This document shows, piece after piece, positions 28,034 to 32,000 of a DNA stretch of 32,000 nt. Positions within the stretch are counted from its first letter, which is position 1. Each line of letters begins with the position of its first letter. This stretch comes from Gemmata obscuriglobus (lineage in GTDB: Bacteria > Planctomycetota > Planctomycetia > Gemmatales > Gemmataceae). Position numbers and translations under genes: made by a program. The stretch covers positions 1,020,001 to 1,052,000 of the forward strand of contig NZ_CP042911.1 of the NCBI RefSeq assembly GCF_008065095.1, written 5' to 3'. The notes under the pieces are model-generated. The model worked only from the letters and a program-made list of their open reading frames with translations, did not search any database and was not told the origin of the DNA.

Positions 28034-29569
28034 ATGTCACTTTCGCTACTCGCGTCGGCCGCGCCGCCCGCGGACCCGACGTTCCATTCGGGGTTCGCAT
28101 ACTTTCGCTGGCTCCACGAGCTGCTCCCGGCGCCGTTCTTCCACACGCAGGCGTTTTTAACCTTTTTCGCCCTCATCCTGGTCGCGTACTGGAGCATCCC
28201 GCGGCGGTTCCAGATGACCCGCGTGTGGCTGCTGGTGGTCGCGAGCTTCCACTTTTACGCCGCGTGGAGCGCCGAACTCGCGTTCCTCGTCACGGGCACC
28301 ACGCTCGCCGACTACCTGTTCGGCCGGCTGATGGGGCACGCAACGCGGTCCTGGTTCCGCAAGCTGCTGCTGTACTGCAGCGTCGGGATGAACCTCGGCA
28401 TCCTGTGCTACTTCAAGTACCGCGGGTTCTTCCTCAACGAGCTGTACGACGGCATGCGGCAGCTCGGTATGAACCCCGGGTTCGCGAAGGTCAGTTTGGA
28501 GAACGTCTTCATCCCGTTCGGGATCTCGTTCTACACGTTCGAGGCGATCAGCTACGCGGTGGACGTGTACAAGCGGAAGATCGAGCCGGAAAAGAGCCTG
28601 CCGCGGTTCCTGCTGTTCATCCTGTTCTTCCCGCACCTGGTGGCCGGGCCGATCGTGCGCGCCGGCGACTTCCTCACCCAGACCCGGCGCCCGAAGCGGT
28701 GGAACTGGGTGCGGGCGCAGGTCGGCGTTCAACTGTTCCTGGTCGGCGCGTTCAAGAAGATGGCGATCGCCGACCGGATGGCCATGTTCTGCGACCCGGT
28801 GTTCCAGAGCCCGGACAGCTACAGCTCGGTCGCGGTGTGGTTCGCGGTGCTGGCCTACGCGGTCCGCATCTACTGCGACTTCTCGGGCTACTCGGACATG
28901 GCCGTCGGCGCGGCGCACCTGCTGGGGTATAAGCTGACCAACAACTTCAACATGCCGTACCTCGCCGCGAACGTGACCGACTTCTGGCGCCGGTGGCACA
29001 TTTCGCTCTCGTCGTGGCTCCGCGACTACGTCTTCATCCCGCTCGGCGGCAGCCGCGGGTCGCGGTGGCTGACCTACCGGAACCTGGTCCTCACGTTCCT
29101 GATCGGCGGGCTGTGGCACGGGGCCGCGTGGGGGTACATCCTGTGGGGGCTGGCTCACGGGCTCTTGCAGGTGGTCCACAAGTGGTTCAAGGAGTACAGC
29201 GAGGACAAGCCGCGGCTCGTCGCTTTCCTGGAAACCTCGTTCGGCACCGGGCTGCGGGTGCTGCTCACCTTCGTCTGTGTGAGCCTGTGCTGGGTGCTGT
29301 TCCAGCCCGAGTTGGGCAAGGCGCTGGCCGTTTTCGAGAAGCTGTTCTACGTCCAGCGCGGGCTCGCGCTGCCGCTCAGCAACCGCAGCCTGTGGGCCAC
29401 GGTGATTTTCCTGTTCCTGTGCCAGTTGCTCGTCCGGTCCGGGGTGTGGGCGAAGCTGTACCCGCGGCTGCCGGCGCCGGTGCTGGGGGTGGGGTACGCC
29501 GCGTGCCTGTGCGTGGCCCTGATCCTCGCCCCGGACAGCGGCACCACGTTCATCTACTTCCAGTTCTGA
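28034..29569 (+). CDS. MBOAT-family membrane O-acyltransferase (AlgI/DltB/PatA-like)
   Basis: ORF 27797..29569; the first ATG downstream of the palindrome is at 28034 (MSLSLLASAAPP...). Hallmarks: GISFYTFEAISYAVDVYKRK, FFPHLVAGPIVRAGDF, YCDFSGYSDMAVGAAHLLGY, NMPYLAANVTDFWRRWHISLSSWLRDYVFIPLGGSR, LIGGLWHGAAW. The antisense 704-aa ORF is a shadow. Confidence 0.9.
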   Translation: MSLSLLASAAPPADPTFHSGFAYFRWLHELLPAPFFHTQAFLTFFALILVAYWSIPRRFQMTRVWLLVVASFHFYAAWSAELAFLVTGTTLADYLFGRLMGHATRSWFRKLLLYCSVGMNLGILCYFKYRGFFLNELYDGMRQLGMNPGFAKVSLENVFIPFGISFYTFEAISYAVDVYKRKIEPEKSLPRFLLFILFFPHLVAGPIVRAGDFLTQTRRPKRWNWVRAQVGVQLFLVGAFKKMAIADRMAMFCDPVFQSPDSYSSVAVWFAVLAYAVRIYCDFSGYSDMAVGAAHLLGYKLTNNFNMPYLAANVTDFWRRWHISLSSWLRDYVFIPLGGSRGSRWLTYRNLVLTFLIGGLWHGAAWGYILWGLAHGLLQVVHKWFKEYSEDKPRLVAFLETSFGTGLRVLLTFVCVSLCWVLFQPELGKALAVFEKLFYVQRGLALPLSNRSLWATVIFLFLCQLLVRSGVWAKLYPRLPAPVLGVGYAACLCVALILAPDSGTTFIYFQF

Positions 29570-29585
29570 TCCGACGCGGGGCGCT

Positions 29586-30716
29586 GTGAACGTTCGCCAC
29601 CTGATATCCCCCCGACTGTTCCGCCCGGGGCGGCGCCCGGGGCCGGGTCGCACCCGGCCCCGGGCGCCGCGCCGCGCCGCGGTGGCCCTCGGCGCGGGGG
29701 TGGTGGCGTTTGCGGCGGTGCAAGCGGCTCTCGGGGCGCTATCGGCGGTGACGTGGTGGGCCGCCGACCCGGTGTACGAGGACAAGCGGGAGCGGCTCGC
29801 GCGGGTCGAGCGATCGGCCCCACCGGGCGCGGCGCGGGTGCTGCTGCTGGGCACCTCGCGCAGCGGGAACGGCTTTGATGCCGGGCGCGTGAGCGGGGCG
29901 AGCGAACGCGCCGGCGCGCCGGCGGTGGCGTTCAACTTCGGCGTCCCGGGGGCCGGGCCGGTCACGCAACTCGTGTACCTCCGCCGGCTGCTCGCCGACG
30001 GGCACCGGCCGGACGTACTTGTCATTGAGGTGCTGCCCGCGCTGCTCTCGGATGCGCCCGCGGGACCGATCGAGACGCGCGTGCTGACCGGCGACCGGCT
30101 GGCGCGCGACGAAGTGGAACTGCTGGCCGGGTACGGGTTCCCCGCCGACCGGCTGCGCCGGCAGTGGCGGGAGGCCGCCGTACTGCCGGTCCACGCGCAC
30201 CGGTTCAAGTTGGTCAGCCGGGTGGCGCCGGACGCGCTGCCGTGGTCGCTCCAGACCCAGGGCGGGCGCACCCCGGACCCGCACGGGTGGCGGCCGACGC
30301 TCGTCGATCAGGTGGGCGACGAGGAGCGCGCCCGGCGAACGACGGACGCCGCGATCGAGTACCGTGAGGCGTTCGCGCACGAACTCCCGGCCGGTCCGGC
30401 GGCGGCGGCCCTGCGCGACCTGCTCGCGCTGTGCCGCCGCGAGCGGCTACCGGTCGCGCTGGTGCTGTTCCCCGAGGGGACAACGTTCCGCGCGCTGTAC
30501 GCGCCGGGCGCCGAGTTACGGTTGCAGCAGTTCCTGGCCGGGCTGAGCGCCGAGTTCGGCTGCCCGGTGACGGACGCGCGGGGGTGGGCCGCCGACGACC
30601 AGTTCGTCGACGGCCACCACCTTTTGCGCCCCGGTGCGGACGCCTTCACGGACCGGCTCATCCACGACGCGCTGATCCCGCTACTGAAGTCCCAAGCGGT
30701 CGGGGGGCACGAATGA
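29586..30716 (+). CDS. membrane-anchored SGNH/DltD-like (DUF1574-type, tentative) partner of the MBOAT, copy 1
   Basis: 376-aa ORF (GTG start, 16 nt after the MBOAT stop). One N-terminal TM helix (AAVALGAGVVAFAAVQAALGALSAV). Motifs: DPVYEDKRERL, LLLGTSRS (Gly-x-Ser block), FGVPGAGPVTQLVYLRRLLADG, FPEG and C-terminal FVDGHHL (DxxH). Family name assigned by recall, not searched. Confidence 0.65.
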   Translation: MNVRHLISPRLFRPGRRPGPGRTRPRAPRRAAVALGAGVVAFAAVQAALGALSAVTWWAADPVYEDKRERLARVERSAPPGAARVLLLGTSRSGNGFDAGRVSGASERAGAPAVAFNFGVPGAGPVTQLVYLRRLLADGHRPDVLVIEVLPALLSDAPAGPIETRVLTGDRLARDEVELLAGYGFPADRLRRQWREAAVLPVHAHRFKLVSRVAPDALPWSLQTQGGRTPDPHGWRPTLVDQVGDEERARRTTDAAIEYREAFAHELPAGPAAAALRDLLALCRRERLPVALVLFPEGTTFRALYAPGAELRLQQFLAGLSAEFGCPVTDARGWAADDQFVDGHHLLRPGADAFTDRLIHDALIPLLKSQAVGGHE

Positions 30717-31843
30717 CGGCCGCGCCGCCCAACACCCGATTCGCGTTCCGCACCCGCGGGGCTACCGCGCCGGGGCACCGGGAGCGGTCCAGTGCGGCGG
30801 CGCTGGCGATCGGCTTCGTGGCGACCGTCGTCGTTCAGTTCGGGATCGGTCAGGCGGTTCGGAGCGCGCCGGAGGCGTTTTCCGACCCGCTGTACCACGA
30901 CAAGCGCGAGCGGTTGCGGGCGCACCCGGCGGGCGCGCCGGCCGGGGCCGGACGGCCGTTCGCGCTGCTGTTCCTGGGCAGCTCACGCACCTACGACGCG
31001 GTCAACGCCGGCGCGGCGGCGGCCGCGCTCACACACGACCTCGGGCGCCCGGTGGCGGCGTTCGACTTCGCGACGTCCGGCGCCGGCCCGGTCACGCTCG
31101 CGCTGCACCTGCGCCGGTTGCTCGCCGACGGGGTGGCCCCGGACGCGGTGGTGATCGAGGTGCATCCGGCGTTTCTCGCGTCCCAGGTGTGGCCGCCGTT
31201 CGAGACGTGCTGGCTGCGGCCGATCCGGTTGCGCCCCGGCGAAACGTCACTGGCGCGCGACCTCGGCTTCCCGACCGACGCGCCGGGGGCGCACGGCCCC
31301 CGGGGGCGGTTGCTCGCCGGGTACGAGTACCGCACGCACCTGCTGGAGCGGTACTGCCCCGAGCTGTCCCCGCTCCCGTACCGGCTCACGAGCGGCCCCG
31401 AGACCGACCGGCACGGGTTCGTCCGCGTGCCGGACTTGCTGCCGCGCCAGCGCGAGCGGCTCCGCGCCTGGACCCGCGAGCAGTACGCCCCGTGCTGGAC
31501 CGGCTACAGCCCGGGCGGCTGCGCCCTGGCGGCGCTGCGCGACGCACTCGGCACGTGCCGCGCGGTCGGCGTTCGCACCGCCCTGCTCGTCACCCCGGAG
31601 TCCGCCGAGTTCCGGAACTGGTACGCGGAACCCGGACGGGCACGCATCGCGCCCCTGTTGAACGAACTCGCCCGCGAATTCGAGGCCCCCTTTGTGGACG
31701 CACGCGAGTGGCTCCCCGACGACCTGATTGCGGACGGTCACCATTTGACCGGAACCGGCGCGGACGTGTTTACCGAGCGGCTGGTGCGTGACGCGCTCGC
31801 GCCGTGGCTGCGCGCTCAAGAGGGGGCCAACCATGAGCGCTGA
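30713..31843 (+). CDS. membrane-anchored SGNH/DltD-like (DUF1574-type, tentative) partner, copy 2 (tandem paralog)
   Basis: ORF 30431..31843; the ATG at 30713 overlaps the upstream stop (ATGA) and also gives exactly 376 aa. It has the same motif order as copy 1: DPLYHDKRERL, LFLGSSRT, FATSGAGPVTLALHLRRLLADG, TPES, IADGHHL. Confidence 0.65.
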   Translation: MTAAPPNTRFAFRTRGATAPGHRERSSAAALAIGFVATVVVQFGIGQAVRSAPEAFSDPLYHDKRERLRAHPAGAPAGAGRPFALLFLGSSRTYDAVNAGAAAAALTHDLGRPVAAFDFATSGAGPVTLALHLRRLLADGVAPDAVVIEVHPAFLASQVWPPFETCWLRPIRLRPGETSLARDLGFPTDAPGAHGPRGRLLAGYEYRTHLLERYCPELSPLPYRLTSGPETDRHGFVRVPDLLPRQRERLRAWTREQYAPCWTGYSPGGCALAALRDALGTCRAVGVRTALLVTPESAEFRNWYAEPGRARIAPLLNELAREFEAPFVDAREWLPDDLIADGHHLTGTGADVFTERLVRDALAPWLRAQEGANHER

Positions 31844-32000
31844 ACCGTGCGAAACGGACCCGACCGCGGTTCCGGGCCGCCGTCCGCAGATCGGCGCGGC
31901 GGTCCGGTGGACCGGCCTTCGCCCGCGGGCGGTCCGGCTCCGGCTGGTGGGGCTGGTCCGCGCGCCCCGGTCCCGAACGGTTCGGGCGCCTCAGGCGCGG
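31833..32000 (+). CDS. possible next gene of the MBOAT operon (5' fragment only)
   Basis: The ATG at 31833 overlaps the preceding gene by 11 nt. The frame stays open to the window end (MSAEPCETDPTAVPGRRPQIGAAVRWTGLRPRAV...) with high GC3. It is not in the ORF track because it has no stop. Too short to classify. Confidence 0.3.
   Translation, partial: MSAEPCETDPTAVPGRRPQIGAAVRWTGLRPRAVRLRLVGLVRAPRSRTVRAPQAR

Overview
High-GC (about two-thirds G+C by eye) chromosomal segment that looks planctomycetal, most plausibly Gemmataceae-like. The evidence is two DUF1559 'prepilin-type N-terminus' paralogs, two proteins with the Gemmata-type TIGR02996 N-terminal domain, a PEP-CTERM protein and a planctomycete-style 16S 5' end. 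Left third (3957-13775): five co-directional genes for circularly permuted ATP-grasp, Alpha-E and transglutaminase/DUF2126 proteins, arranged as two modules back to back and divergent from a Cys-type glutathione peroxidase. This is the best candidate for an uncharacterised system. Centre (14279-19661): a complete rRNA gene set in the non-canonical order 23S-5S-16S on one strand, with no spacer tRNAs. Each large rRNA has its own long processing stem and a boxA-like element; there is one good promoter candidate upstream of 23S and one canonical terminator after 16S. Right third: an SGNH/FG-GAP protein, a PEP-CTERM protein, an LRR protein, purM, and an MBOAT O-acyltransferase followed by two equal-length tandem paralogs of an SGNH/DltD-like partner. 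Several very long GC-rich hairpins or palindromes (arms 20-44 bp) sit exactly in intergenic gaps. No transposase, integrase, CRISPR array or tRNA gene was seen. Many long ORFs in the track (e.g. the 1536-aa minus-strand ORF) are antisense shadows typical of high-GC DNA. All family assignments come from motif recognition by eye, not from database searches.
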